From assembly GCA_031425455.1 (NCBI GenBank), contig JANPJJ010000152.1, positions 1,411 to 65,410 of the forward strand: 64,000 bases of DNA, read 5' to 3'. A model generated the notes under the pieces. It saw only the letters and a program-made list of their open reading frames with translations. It made no database searches and was not told where the DNA came from. The translations under genes and the position numbers were made by a program. This DNA is from Sandaracinobacter sp. (GTDB taxonomy: Bacteria; Pseudomonadota; Alphaproteobacteria; Sphingomonadales; Sphingomonadaceae). This document shows positions 12,201 to 21,729 of this stretch, piece by piece. Each line of letters begins with the position of its first letter. Position 1 is the first letter of the stretch.

Positions 12201-12785
12201 GTGAAAATTGCATCGCTTCTGGCCCTGGCCGCTCTCACTGTCGCCACCTCCGGGTCGGCTGCCACGCTGTTCACCCAGGGTACCGCCACCGGCCCGCTGG
12301 AAAGCCCCGGATCGGTCAGCTTCCTGTTCGAGGCTGGTGCCGGTGCGGGCCTTACCAGCTTCACGCTGAACGGATTCGCCTCGCTGGACGGTGTCAACCC
12401 ATGGGGCGACACGTTCACCTTGTCGCTGAACGGCGTCGACATCCTGTCCGGTAGCTACAATCTGGGCGGCGGCGGCGACGACGTCACCTTCTACGCGCCG
12501 GCGGGCAGCAGCATTTCGGTTTCGACGCCTGGTCTCTGGCAGGGCGGCACCGGCCTGTTCCAGGTTCCGCTGGCCCTGGTCGCTGGCACCAATACGCTGA
12601 CGCTCGGCTACAGCGGTGGCGCCCAGGGGCTCGGCGACGAGGGCTGGGGCGTCTCCGACCTCTTGGTCAGCGGCAGTTCGGGCGCCGTGCCGGAGGCCGC
12701 GACCTGGGCGCTGATGATCACCGGGTTCGGAATGGTCGGCTTTGCGATTCGTCGCCGGCAGGGCGGAGTGTTGCTGCCGGCCTGA
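12201..12785 (+). CDS. PEPxxWA-CTERM sorting-domain surface protein
   Basis: Signal peptide, Gly/Ser/Thr-rich body, C-terminal VPEAATWALMITGFGMVGFAIRRR; GGAG RBS and GTG start. Confidence 0.93.
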   Translation: MKIASLLALAALTVATSGSAATLFTQGTATGPLESPGSVSFLFEAGAGAGLTSFTLNGFASLDGVNPWGDTFTLSLNGVDILSGSYNLGGGGDDVTFYAPAGSSISVSTPGLWQGGTGLFQVPLALVAGTNTLTLGYSGGAQGLGDEGWGVSDLLVSGSSGAVPEAATWALMITGFGMVGFAIRRRQGGVLLPA

Positions 12786-12857
12786 CCACAGCCCCGATGC
12801 CCGGGGCTGCCGTAGGACAGGAGCACCCCGCCGGACCCGCGACGGCAGCCCTTCGCC

Positions 12858-13934
12858 TCAGCCGAAAAGCTTCGCCCAGCCGCGCTTCGGCCGATCCTTC
12901 CAGTGGCCGCGGTGGAACGCGTCGGACGCCAGCAGCGGCATCACCGAACCGGCCTCGGCGAACACCATCTGCTCGATCCCCGTGTTCACCTTGCCCCAGC
13001 TCGCCGCTTCCTGCAGCGTCGACGACGAACAGGCCCCGTCGCGCACATCGGCGACGGTGATCTGCACCGCATATTTGTGCACCTCGACATCATGATGGCC
13101 GAGGATCTCGGCGCAGACGACGGTATCCTGGATGAAGTTCTTCGGCACGCCGCCTCCGATCATCAGGAGGCCGGTGGTTCCCGCCTGGATCTTGATCTCG
13201 GTCAGCTCGCGGAAGTCGGCGATGGCATCCAGCACCATATAAGGCTGGCCGGCCTTCATCCGGTCCACCTGGTGCTTCACCAGCCCGAAGCCCGCCGACG
13301 AATCGACGAACGCCGGGCAGAAGATCGGCACGTCATGCTCATAGGCGAGCTTGACGAGGCTGTTGTCCTTCTTGCCATGCTCGGCAAGATACTTCCCCAT
13401 TTCGCGGATGAAGGCGCGGCTTGAATAAGGCCGGGCCTCCAGCTCGTTGGCGATACGGTTGATCGTGAAGTCGCAGTCCTGCAACTGCTCCTCATCGATA
13501 TAGGTGTCGTAAATGCGATCGATATAGAGCGAGCGCAGCGTATCATCATGAGGGATTTCAAGCGCCTGATAGTGGTTGTGGCCAAGCCCTTCGAAGAAAT
13601 CCATGTCGACGATGGTGGCGCCCGTGGCGATCACCACGTCCACCATGTTGGAGCGGATCAGCTCGGCATAAAGGTCCATGCAGCCGCCCGCAGAGGTCGA
13701 GCCGGCGATCACCAGGCACACGGTGCAATCCTTGTCGGCCAGCATCTGGTTGTAGATGCCGGTCGCGCGCGCAAGGTCGCGGCTGGTAAAGCTCATGTTC
13801 GCCATCTGGTCGATGATCGGTCGCGCATCGAAGCTCCGGATGTCGATATGCTCGACCTTCTTCGAGAGAAGCTCGGCCTTTCGTTGCGCATCGATCTGCG
13901 CACCAGCATGGCTTTGGTCGATCTGTTCGGTCAT
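12858..13934 (-). CDS. Deoxyhypusine synthase-like protein (probable polyamine/homospermidine synthesis)
   Basis: GGGVPKNF, YAVQITVAD..DG and EAASWGK (active-site Lys), PAFVDSSAG; GGAG RBS before ATG 13934. Confidence 0.9.
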   Translation of the reverse strand: MTEQIDQSHAGAQIDAQRKAELLSKKVEHIDIRSFDARPIIDQMANMSFTSRDLARATGIYNQMLADKDCTVCLVIAGSTSAGGCMDLYAELIRSNMVDVVIATGATIVDMDFFEGLGHNHYQALEIPHDDTLRSLYIDRIYDTYIDEEQLQDCDFTINRIANELEARPYSSRAFIREMGKYLAEHGKKDNSLVKLAYEHDVPIFCPAFVDSSAGFGLVKHQVDRMKAGQPYMVLDAIADFRELTEIKIQAGTTGLLMIGGGVPKNFIQDTVVCAEILGHHDVEVHKYAVQITVADVRDGACSSSTLQEAASWGKVNTGIEQMVFAEAGSVMPLLASDAFHRGHWKDRPKRGWAKLFG

Positions 13935-14000
13935 GTCGGTCTCCATAGCTTCGCGCGCATCCGCGCACCGTCTGGCATTGAAATACTACATTCCCACGAC

Positions 14001-14081
14001 CCGTCATCCCAGCGAAGGCTGGGATCTCCCGCCTCGCCGAATAAACGATGTTGGGGAATGCCAGCCTGCGCTGGCATGACG
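14001..14081. repeat. Two-armed REP-like palindromic element
   Basis: Left arm cgtcatcccagcgaaggctgggatctccc; inverted degenerate right arm ggggaatgccagcctgcgctggcatgacg. Confidence 0.85.
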
Positions 14082-14111
14082 AACATTGGGTGAGGCCTGG
14101 CCCCGAAAGGG

Positions 14112-15335
14112 TCAGGGCCGCGCGAAACGCACCACCGGCAGCGCCAGCACATTGTCCGGCACGGCCGATTCGCCTCCCGCCGGGATCAGCGACAGCATCG
14201 GCGGGTCGGACACGATCACCGTCTCGCCGGTGCCGAAGCCGTTGAACCCGGTTCGCATCGCCTGGCCATAGGCACCCAGCTGGCCGATCTCGATATAGTC
14301 GCCCGCCTTCACGTCGCCCGGCAGCGCGAACGGACCCTTCATATGGTCCATGTCGTCGCAAGTGGGGCCATAAAAGGCGAAGTCCACCGGCTCGGCCGAC
14401 GAGGCATCCTCCCGGATCAGCCGGGTCGGATAGCGCCACTCCACATGCGCCGCATCGAACAGCGACCCATAGGCGCCGTCATTGATGTAAAGCTCCTCGC
14501 CGCGCCGCCGCTCGACCCGCACCAGCACGCTGGCATAGTCGGCCGAAAGCGCCCGCCCGGGCTCGCACCACAGTTCGGCAGAGTAGGAGATCGGCAGCGC
14601 CTCATAGGCGCGCTCGATCACCGCAAAATAGGTCTCCAGGCTCGGCGGCTCCATGCCGGGGTAGCGCGACGGGAAGCCGCCGCCGACGTCGATCACGTCG
14701 ACGGTCACGCCGGCCTCCACGATCGCGGCGCGAACGAACGCGAACGCATCGGCATAAGCCGCCGGGCTCATCGCCTGCGATCCCACATGGAAGCAGATGC
14801 CGAGCGCATCGGCCGCCTGGCGGGCCGCCAGCAGCAGGGCAGGGGCGTCGGCCACGCCGATCCCGAACTTGGCCGCGAGGCTGAGCTTGCTGTGCGCCGA
14901 AGACACTTTCAGCCGCACGCACAAAGTGAGGTCGTCAGCCGGCACGCCGTCGGTCGAACAGCCGCGAACGATCTTCGCCAGCTCCTCATGGCTGTCGAGC
15001 GAGAAGATACGAACGCCCAGGCCGTGATATGCCTCGACGATCGCCTCCTCGGCCTTCACCGGATGCATGAACGCCAGCACCGCGTCGGCAAACAGCCCGC
15101 GGATCAGCCGCGCCTCGGCGATCGACGCGACATCGAAATGCCGGATGCCGCCCTGCCACAGCAGCTCGATGAGATGCGGGCTCGGGTTGGCCTTCACCGC
15201 ATAGAAGCTCTTGCCCGGAAATGCCGAGACGAAGAAGCGGGCCGCGTCGAGCGCAGCTTCCGGGCGGACAAGGGTAACGGGCGCTGCCGGTTGCAGCGCG
15301 CGCGCTACCCGAAGCGCGTTATGATGCTGGTGCAA
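14112..15335 (-). CDS. Fold-type III PLP-dependent decarboxylase (ornithine decarboxylase-like)
   Basis: FYAVKAN (PLP Lys), FHVGSQ, DVGGGFP, EPGR, GPTCD. TTG 15335 with GGAGG 9 nt upstream gives MHQHHNAL...; the frame stays open further upstream. Confidence 0.92.
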   Translation of the reverse strand: MHQHHNALRVARALQPAAPVTLVRPEAALDAARFFVSAFPGKSFYAVKANPSPHLIELLWQGGIRHFDVASIAEARLIRGLFADAVLAFMHPVKAEEAIVEAYHGLGVRIFSLDSHEELAKIVRGCSTDGVPADDLTLCVRLKVSSAHSKLSLAAKFGIGVADAPALLLAARQAADALGICFHVGSQAMSPAAYADAFAFVRAAIVEAGVTVDVIDVGGGFPSRYPGMEPPSLETYFAVIERAYEALPISYSAELWCEPGRALSADYASVLVRVERRRGEELYINDGAYGSLFDAAHVEWRYPTRLIREDASSAEPVDFAFYGPTCDDMDHMKGPFALPGDVKAGDYIEIGQLGAYGQAMRTGFNGFGTGETVIVSDPPMLSLIPAGGESAVPDNVLALPVVRFARP

Positions 15336-15445
15336 TTCAAGGGACCTCCGGGGAGTTGTTTCAACAAACGACAGCCTTGCGGTGGAAGTCCCATGGGGCA
15401 GCGGAGCGCGCATATGGGGATCCCGACCCCCCATGTAAAGCAGAA
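15336..15445 (-). promoter_or_regulatory. Structured 5' leader of the decarboxylase gene (putative cis-regulatory RNA)
   Basis: On the minus strand: ATGGGG/CCCCAT stem with a second competing CCCCAT, a cc-GCAA-gg tetraloop and a gttg-aaa-caac hairpin just before the RBS. Confidence 0.4.
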
Positions 15446-15527
15446 AATTGTTACAAAGCGCCCGAAGTTTAACCTTGAACAAAAGACGCCGTCATCCCAG
15501 CCGCCCGCAAATCCAACCCTCATGGCG

Positions 15528-15818
15528 TCAGCGTCTCCGCACCTCCGCCAGCTTCCCTGCCACGAAATCCGCCAGCGCGCCCACTGTTACGAAAATCTCA
15601 CCGCTGATTTCGCCGTCGTCGATCAGGATGCCGAACCGGTCTTCCAGCGCCGTCAGCACGGTCGCCACTGCCATGCTGTCCAGCTCGGGCAGGTTACCGA
15701 ACAGCGGCGTCTCGCGCACCAGAGACGCCGTCACGCCCGGCGCCAGCACCAGGGCTTCGCCGAGCAGGGCGGCAACGTCGGCGATAAGGGGAGAAGGCGC
15801 GATCGAAAGGCTGGCCAT
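15528..15818 (-). CDS. Acyl/peptidyl carrier protein (phosphopantetheine-binding)
   Basis: LFGNLPELDSMAVATVLTALEDRFGILIDD with the DS(M) attachment serine; 96 aa, acidic. Confidence 0.88.
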   Translation of the reverse strand: MASLSIAPSPLIADVAALLGEALVLAPGVTASLVRETPLFGNLPELDSMAVATVLTALEDRFGILIDDGEISGEIFVTVGALADFVAGKLAEVRRR

Positions 15819-15988
15819 GCGGCAAGGGTCCCAAAGGCGCCCGCGAGGCAAGCGGCGGGCCGAAGGCGCGAGCGCATAGCCCCGGCGGACGATCATTGCA
15901 ACGTGCGCCATCGGGGCGGACGTTCGGAGCGGCCACCATTGCGCTACCATTGCATCCACGGGGTGGGACCCATAGAAGCGCGGGCCTC

Positions 15989-16783
15989 ATGTCCACGCCT
16001 TTCCTCAAGATGCACGGCCTCGGCAATGATTTCGCCATCTTCGATGCGCGCGAGGTGGCGCTCGCCATGCCGGTGGAGCGTGCCCGGCGACTGGCCGACC
16101 GGCGGCGCGGGATCGGCTGCGACCAGCTCATCGTGATGGAACCCTCCACGCGCGCCGACGTGTTCATGCGCATCTTCAACCCGGATGGAAGCGAGGCCGA
16201 ATCCTGCGGCAATGCCACCCGCTGCGTCGCCCAGCTGCTGGGCGGCAGTGCCACCATCGAAACGCGGGGCGGCCTGCTGACGGCGGCATCGGCCGGCGCG
16301 GGCGTGACGATCGACATGGGCGCGCCACAATTCGGCTGGGCCGAGGTCCCGCTGGCCTATGCGATGGATACCGCCGACATGCCGGTCGGCTGGGGCGATC
16401 TGGAACGGCCGGTGGGGGTGTCGATGGGCAACCCCCATGTTGTGTTCTTCGTGACCGACTGTGACGCCGTCGCGCTGGCACAGCTCGGCCCGGAAATCGA
16501 GCTGGACCCGCTGTTCCCTGAGCGTGTCAACGTGAATGTCGCCAGCATCGAGAGCCGGGGGCGCCTCAGGCTCCGCGTGTGGGAGCGTGCCGCCGGGCTG
16601 ACGCTCGCCTGCGGCTCGGGCGCTTGTGCTACCTTCGCGGCCGCCCGCCGGCGCGGCCTGGTCGATCCCGTCGCCACGGTCGCGTTGCCCGGCGGCGATC
16701 TAAAGATCGCTGAAACAGCGACCGGCACGCTGGAGATGACCGGCCCGGTTGCCACGGCTTTTCGCGGCGAGACCGACCTTTGA
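15989..16783 (+). CDS. dapF: Diaminopimelate epimerase
   Basis: KMHGLGNDF, GIGCDQL, ESCGNATRC, SMGNPH, ERAAGLTLACGSGACA. Confidence 0.97.
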   Translation: MSTPFLKMHGLGNDFAIFDAREVALAMPVERARRLADRRRGIGCDQLIVMEPSTRADVFMRIFNPDGSEAESCGNATRCVAQLLGGSATIETRGGLLTAASAGAGVTIDMGAPQFGWAEVPLAYAMDTADMPVGWGDLERPVGVSMGNPHVVFFVTDCDAVALAQLGPEIELDPLFPERVNVNVASIESRGRLRLRVWERAAGLTLACGSGACATFAAARRRGLVDPVATVALPGGDLKIAETATGTLEMTGPVATAFRGETDL

Positions 16784-17919
16784 AGGTTCTAACCCATGGC
16801 TGCCGCTCGAACCTCGCCGAGCGCGATGCGCTGGCCGCGCTGGCGCCCGCCGGCACCACGGTCCTGAACAGCTGCGCCGTGACGGCGGGGGCGGTCCGCG
16901 ATGCCCGCGCGGCGGCAAAGGCGGCGGCCCGCTTGGGCCCGGTCGTGGTAACGGGCTGCGCCGCCACGATCTCGCCCGAGCGTTTTGCCGACCTCGGCGT
17001 GCAACTGCTGCCCAACGCCTCCAAGCTGGACCCGGCCTGGTGGGGGCAGGCCTCCGCCCCGCCGCCGGTCACCCGCCAGAGCCGGGGCTTCGTCACCGTT
17101 CAAGACGGCTGCGACCATGATTGCACCTTCTGCGTCACCCGGCTGGCGCGGGGTCCTGCACGGTCGGTACCGGTGGCTGACGTCGTGTCGCGGGTTCGCG
17201 CCCTGGCCGATGCCGGGGTGAACGAAGTGGTGCTCACCGGAATCGATACCACCAGCTATGGGGCGGACCTTCCCGGCCGCCCGGCGCTGGGCCAGCTGGT
17301 CCAGGCCATCCTGCGCGATGTGCCGGGCCTGCCGCGGCTGCGCCTGTCTTCAATGGACGCGGCCGAAGCCGATCCGGCGCTGGTGGAAGCATTCTCCGAC
17401 CTCCGGCTGATGCCGCATGCCCATCTCAGCCTGCAGTCCGGCGACGATCTGATCCTGAAACGGATGAAGCGGCGCCACAGCCGGGCCGATGCGGTCCGGC
17501 TGGTGGCCCGGCTGAAGGCGGCGCGCGCCGATATCGCCATAGGCGCCGACCTGATCGCCGGTTTCCCGACCGAAGGCGAACCCGCGCATCGAAACTCGCT
17601 GGCGCTGCTGGCGGATTGCGACATCGCCCACGTCCATGTCTTTCCCTATTCGCCGCGCCCGGGCACCGCGGCGGCGCGGATGCCGCAGGTTCATGCCGAA
17701 GCCGGCAGGATGCGCGCGGCAGAGCTGCGCAGCCTGGGCGCAGACAGAACGAAGAGGATCATGCAGAGCATGTTGTCGATGAATGTCGATACGGTAAGCG
17801 AAGGCGATCAGGGCATCACGCCGCACGGCTTCAAGCTGCGCTACCGCGATCCGCATCCTCGCGGCGCGCGCGTTGCCGCCGATCTGCGCGCCGTCGTCGA
17901 GGGGCGGTTTGCCGAATGA
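16780..17919 (+). CDS. mtaB: tRNA threonylcarbamoyladenosine methylthiotransferase (MiaB-like radical SAM)
   Basis: N-terminal GCRSN/NSCAVT/TGCAA cysteines, CDHDCTFC radical-SAM motif, HLSLQSGD, IAGFPTE; sits between dapF and ftsY. Confidence 0.88.
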   Translation: MKVLTHGCRSNLAERDALAALAPAGTTVLNSCAVTAGAVRDARAAAKAAARLGPVVVTGCAATISPERFADLGVQLLPNASKLDPAWWGQASAPPPVTRQSRGFVTVQDGCDHDCTFCVTRLARGPARSVPVADVVSRVRALADAGVNEVVLTGIDTTSYGADLPGRPALGQLVQAILRDVPGLPRLRLSSMDAAEADPALVEAFSDLRLMPHAHLSLQSGDDLILKRMKRRHSRADAVRLVARLKAARADIAIGADLIAGFPTEGEPAHRNSLALLADCDIAHVHVFPYSPRPGTAAARMPQVHAEAGRMRAAELRSLGADRTKRIMQSMLSMNVDTVSEGDQGITPHGFKLRYRDPHPRGARVAADLRAVVEGRFAE

Positions 17920-18866
17920 ACGACGCTCTGCCGGACATCACCGAAAAGACCAGCTGGCTGGCGCGGATGCGCTCCGGCCTGTCGCGCTCGTCAGAGAAGC
18001 TCGCCCAGAACCTCACCTTCCTGGTCGGCGGCGGCCGGATCGAGGCCGAGGACCTCGACAATATCGAGGAAGCGCTGATCGCAGCCGACCTCGGCCCGGT
18101 GGTGGCCGCGCGGATCACGGCGAGGCTGGCCGAAGCCCGGCTCGCCGGCGATATCGACATGGCACGTGTTCGCCAGGTCGCCGCCGACGAGATCGAGGGG
18201 ATCCTCGCGCCGCTGGCAAGGCCGCTGCTGATCACGGCCTTTCCCCGACCACACACGATCCTGGTGGTGGGCGTGAACGGAACCGGGAAGACCACCACCA
18301 TCGCCAAGCTCGCGCATCTGTACCAGGAAGACGATTATGCCGTGCTGATGGCCGCGGGAGACACGTTCCGTGCCGCCGCCGTCGAGCAGCTGAAGGTCTG
18401 GGGCTCGCGCCTGGGCGTGCCCGTGATCTCGGGCCGGCAGGATGCCGACGCCGCGGGCCTCGCCTTCACCGCGATGGAGCAGGCCCGCGCGTCGGGCCGC
18501 GACGTGCTGCTTGTGGACACGGCGGGCCGGCTGCAGAACAAGGCCGGGTTGATGGACGAGCTCGCCAAGGTGCGACGCGTGCTGGGGAAGCAGGCGCCCG
18601 GCGCGCCGCACGACACGATCCTGGTGCTGGATGCGACCACCGGCCAGAATGCGCTGAGCCAGATCGAAATTTTCAAGGAGGTGTCCGGGGTGACCGGTCT
18701 TGTGATGACGAAACTCGACGGCACCGCGCGAGGCGGCGTGCTGGTCGCAGCCGCCGAGAAGTTCGGCCTGCCGATCCATGCCATCGGAGTCGGCGAGAAG
18801 CTGGGCGATCTGCGGCCGTTCGATGCCAAGGCCTTTGCCTCGGCGCTGACGGGCGCCGACCGGTGA
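17916..18866 (+). CDS. ftsY: Signal recognition particle receptor
   Basis: GVNGTGKTTT, DTFRAAA, DTAGR, TKLDGTARGG; ATGA overlap with mtaB. Confidence 0.97.
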   Translation: MNDALPDITEKTSWLARMRSGLSRSSEKLAQNLTFLVGGGRIEAEDLDNIEEALIAADLGPVVAARITARLAEARLAGDIDMARVRQVAADEIEGILAPLARPLLITAFPRPHTILVVGVNGTGKTTTIAKLAHLYQEDDYAVLMAAGDTFRAAAVEQLKVWGSRLGVPVISGRQDADAAGLAFTAMEQARASGRDVLLVDTAGRLQNKAGLMDELAKVRRVLGKQAPGAPHDTILVLDATTGQNALSQIEIFKEVSGVTGLVMTKLDGTARGGVLVAAAEKFGLPIHAIGVGEKLGDLRPFDAKAFASALTGADR

Positions 18867-19447
18867 GCGAAGCCGAAACACCTGCCAGGAAGGAGCTTGC
18901 CGGCTGGAAGAAGCTCGCCGTAGATCTCGGCCCGCTTGTCATCTTCTTCGTCGCTTACAACCGCTTCGACATGTTCGTCGCCACCGGCGCCTTCATGGCC
19001 GCGACCGCCGTCGCGATGGCGGTATCCTGGGCACTCACCCGCCACATTCCGCCGATCACCTGGTTCTCGGCCGTGCTCGTCGGCGTGTTCGGCGGGCTCA
19101 CCCTGTGGCTCCAGGACGAGACTTTCATCAAGATGAAGCCCACCATCGTCTACCTGATCTTCGCCGGCGTGCTGTTCTTCGGGATCGCGACCGGGCGCAA
19201 CTATCTCAGGAACCTGCTCGGCAGTGCTTTCACCGGCCTGTCCGAACGCGGCTGGCACCTTCTGGCCTGGCGCTGGGCGCTGTTCTTCGTCGTGTTGGCG
19301 GTCCTCAACGAAATCTTCTGGCGCCTGTTCTCGACCGACATATGGGTGCATTTCAAGGTCTGGGGCGACACGCTGCTCACCTTTGCGTTTGCCGTCGCCC
19401 AGATGCCGATGCTGCTGAAAAACGGGCTCGACCTGAAGGACAAATAG
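18863..19447 (+). CDS. ispZ: Inner membrane septation protein A (YciB/IspZ)
   Basis: DLGPLVIFF, FGGLTLWL.DETFIKMKPT, WVHFKVWG; GTGA overlap with ftsY. Confidence 0.94.
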   Translation: MSEAETPARKELAGWKKLAVDLGPLVIFFVAYNRFDMFVATGAFMAATAVAMAVSWALTRHIPPITWFSAVLVGVFGGLTLWLQDETFIKMKPTIVYLIFAGVLFFGIATGRNYLRNLLGSAFTGLSERGWHLLAWRWALFFVVLAVLNEIFWRLFSTDIWVHFKVWGDTLLTFAFAVAQMPMLLKNGLDLKDK

Positions 19448-19662
19448 CCCGGCAGCTCATCTGGCCTCGTAGCTCCTGTCCAGCTGGTTTGAGCCGGTCG
19501 TAGCGACATTGACCCAAGGCCGCGCCGTAGGAGGCGGCGTAGGGCGCAGATCCCACCGCGAGCCCACCCGTGAAGAACATTATCGGCGCCCCGGCATCCC
19601 GCAGCGCCTGGATCGCGGTGCCGTCGAAGTCGGCAAGATCGTAATGTTGTGCCGCCCACTCG

Positions 19663-20769
19663 TCAACGCGGCCGAGATTGCTTCGCAAGCCAGGCTTCCC
19701 CTTGCCGCCGCGCCAGCCCGATCAGATTGCCCAATGCGATATTCATGTCCACCATGTGCAGCCCCCAGCCGGGCATCGCCGTGTCGAGCCGCTCGAATGC
19801 GGCTTGCAACCTCGGCGCGTCGCTGGAGGCCGCCAGGTAACTTGTGCCGTCTGCCCCCCGAGTGCACGCCCCGCGCACCATCCCCGACAGGCGGAACGAT
19901 GCAGTCTCCACCGGAACCGGCGCCAGGCTGCCGATCGCCGGCGTCAGGCCCGGGCGCGGCCTTGCCGGGAAGATTGGCGCCAGATAGGGCGTGTCCAGGA
20001 TTGCAGCGGGATCGGTGCAAGCCACCATCAGCCCCGGCCCCGGACGGCCGGCGAAGCGGTTGCCGGCCACCGGCGGCCGGCTCCCCGCATAGGTGACATA
20101 GGCGACGGTGCAGCCGGTGTCGTTGGCGCGCGTGCAGAGCGGCAGCCCCGGGGGCGCCACGGCCGTCGACCCCGGCTCGGCGACGGGCACCGGATAGCCG
20201 ATCACATGGGCGGCAACCACCCGCGCTGCCACCGGCTTGTCCGCGATCTCCTCGGAAACCAGCCGCGCCAGGTGCCGCGCGCCCTGGCTGTGCCCGATCA
20301 GCACCACGCCGCGGCCGGCATTGTCGGCGGCTAGATACCGCTCCCAAGCGGCCTTCACATCGGTATAGGCCAGCTCGCGGTCGCCCTTCACCGTTCCCGG
20401 AATCGTCGCCAATGTGGTCTGGCGATACAGTGGCGCGAAGCGGCGGCAGATCTCGCCGAAGCGAGCGAACTGCTGCTGCACCACATAGCGCTCCTCGTCG
20501 GTCGCCATGCCGTCGCTGTTTCCGGTCGGCTGGCGCGAAACCGTGGGGTAGACATAGAAGCAGTCGAACCGGGCCGGCATCGCAGGTGGTGGCGGCACCA
20601 CCAGCGCGCCGCCGGCCGAAATGTCGGTCAGCGACAGGTCGGTGTCGCAGGGGCCGGTCGCGTCGGGACGGCACAACCAGCTTTCCGGCCTGGAATAGTC
20701 CATCGGTCCGGCAGTCGCGGCCTGTGCCATCGCCAGCGCGGTCCCCGCCATCATCAGCTTCCAGCGCAT
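19663..20769 (-). CDS. Secreted DUF3089-like alpha/beta hydrolase
   Basis: Signal peptide, DCFYVYPTVS, FAPLYRQ, LIGHSQG nucleophile motif, GLHMVD. Confidence 0.87.
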   Translation of the reverse strand: MRWKLMMAGTALAMAQAATAGPMDYSRPESWLCRPDATGPCDTDLSLTDISAGGALVVPPPPAMPARFDCFYVYPTVSRQPTGNSDGMATDEERYVVQQQFARFGEICRRFAPLYRQTTLATIPGTVKGDRELAYTDVKAAWERYLAADNAGRGVVLIGHSQGARHLARLVSEEIADKPVAARVVAAHVIGYPVPVAEPGSTAVAPPGLPLCTRANDTGCTVAYVTYAGSRPPVAGNRFAGRPGPGLMVACTDPAAILDTPYLAPIFPARPRPGLTPAIGSLAPVPVETASFRLSGMVRGACTRGADGTSYLAASSDAPRLQAAFERLDTAMPGWGLHMVDMNIALGNLIGLARRQGEAWLAKQSRPR

Positions 20770-20883
20770 CGCTTCTCTCCTGCCCCAAGTTTCGGCTTCC
20801 ACAATGCGGCGGTTGCAGCCAAGGGCAATCCCCGAAATGAAGGAGCGACGGGTGGAACGAGGCGAAGCGAAAGCCGACAGGCG

Positions 20884-21729
20884 ATGAGGCTGCTGCTGCG
20901 CGTAGCGGGGCTGGTCGGCGTCCTCGCGATCCTGTTCCTCGGCGTCGGCCTGTGGAACGCGACCCGCCCGCCGGTCATTGTTCGCGCCTCGTTGCCGCTC
21001 GACGGCCTGCCGCCCGGCACCCGCCTGAAGGTGCTGCTCATCAGCGACACCCATTTTAGCCACCCGGATATGGGAACCGGCCGGCTTCTCTCCATTGCAG
21101 CCGCTGCCAACGCTCAACAGCCCGACCTAATCCTGCTCGCTGGCGACTATATCGGCGGCAAGCTTATCGATTGGCCCAAGGTGCGCCTCGAGCAGGCGCT
21201 GCCGCCGCTGGCAGCCCTCAAGGCTCCGCTGGGCGTCTATGCGGTGATGGGCAACCACGACGAGCCGCGCTGGACGCCGCGAATCATGGCGCTGCAGGTC
21301 CGCCCGAAGCTGCTGGTCAACAGCCATGTCGATCTCGGCCCGGTCGTGCTCGCCGGGCTCGACTCAATGAGGCATGCATCGGACTACGAGCAGGCAATCG
21401 CCGGTGCGCCGGTTGGAAAACCCCTTCTTCTGCTCCTGCACGAGCCTGAACTGCTGGCCCGTTTGGCCTTGCCGCCAAACCCGGCCGTACTCGCGCTTGC
21501 AGGTCACACCCACGGTGGCCAGATCGTGCTTCCGCTGATCGGCCGCCCAGGGGCTCTGTTGCTGGGCCGCGACCAGTGTTGGCGCGGACTCTGCAGCATC
21601 AACCAATGGCCGGTGTATGTAACCTCCGGCCTCGGGACGACCTTCGTGCCGCTCCGCTACGGCGTCCCACCGGAGATCGTCGTCTTGACGCTCTACTCCA
21701 CCGGCAGGAAATCCGGCACGCTGAGATAG
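20884..21729 (+). CDS. Metallophosphoesterase (YkuE/YaeI-like)
   Basis: [32 protein letters not shown]...PPEI; N-terminal membrane anchor. Confidence 0.92.
   Translation: MRLLLRVAGLVGVLAILFLGVGLWNATRPPVIVRASLPLDGLPPGTRLKVLLISDTHFSHPDMGTGRLLSIAAAANAQQPDLILLAGDYIGGKLIDWPKVRLEQALPPLAALKAPLGVYAVMGNHDEPRWTPRIMALQVRPKLLVNSHVDLGPVVLAGLDSMRHASDYEQAIAGAPVGKPLLLLLHEPELLARLALPPNPAVLALAGHTHGGQIVLPLIGRPGALLLGRDQCWRGLCSINQWPVYVTSGLGTTFVPLRYGVPPEIVVLTLYSTGRKSGTLR

Noticed and set aside
12858-13934. EF-P hypusination enzyme
   Set aside because: Hypusination is established for eIF5A/aIF5A, not bacterial EF-P; the decarboxylase neighbour favours polyamine synthesis.
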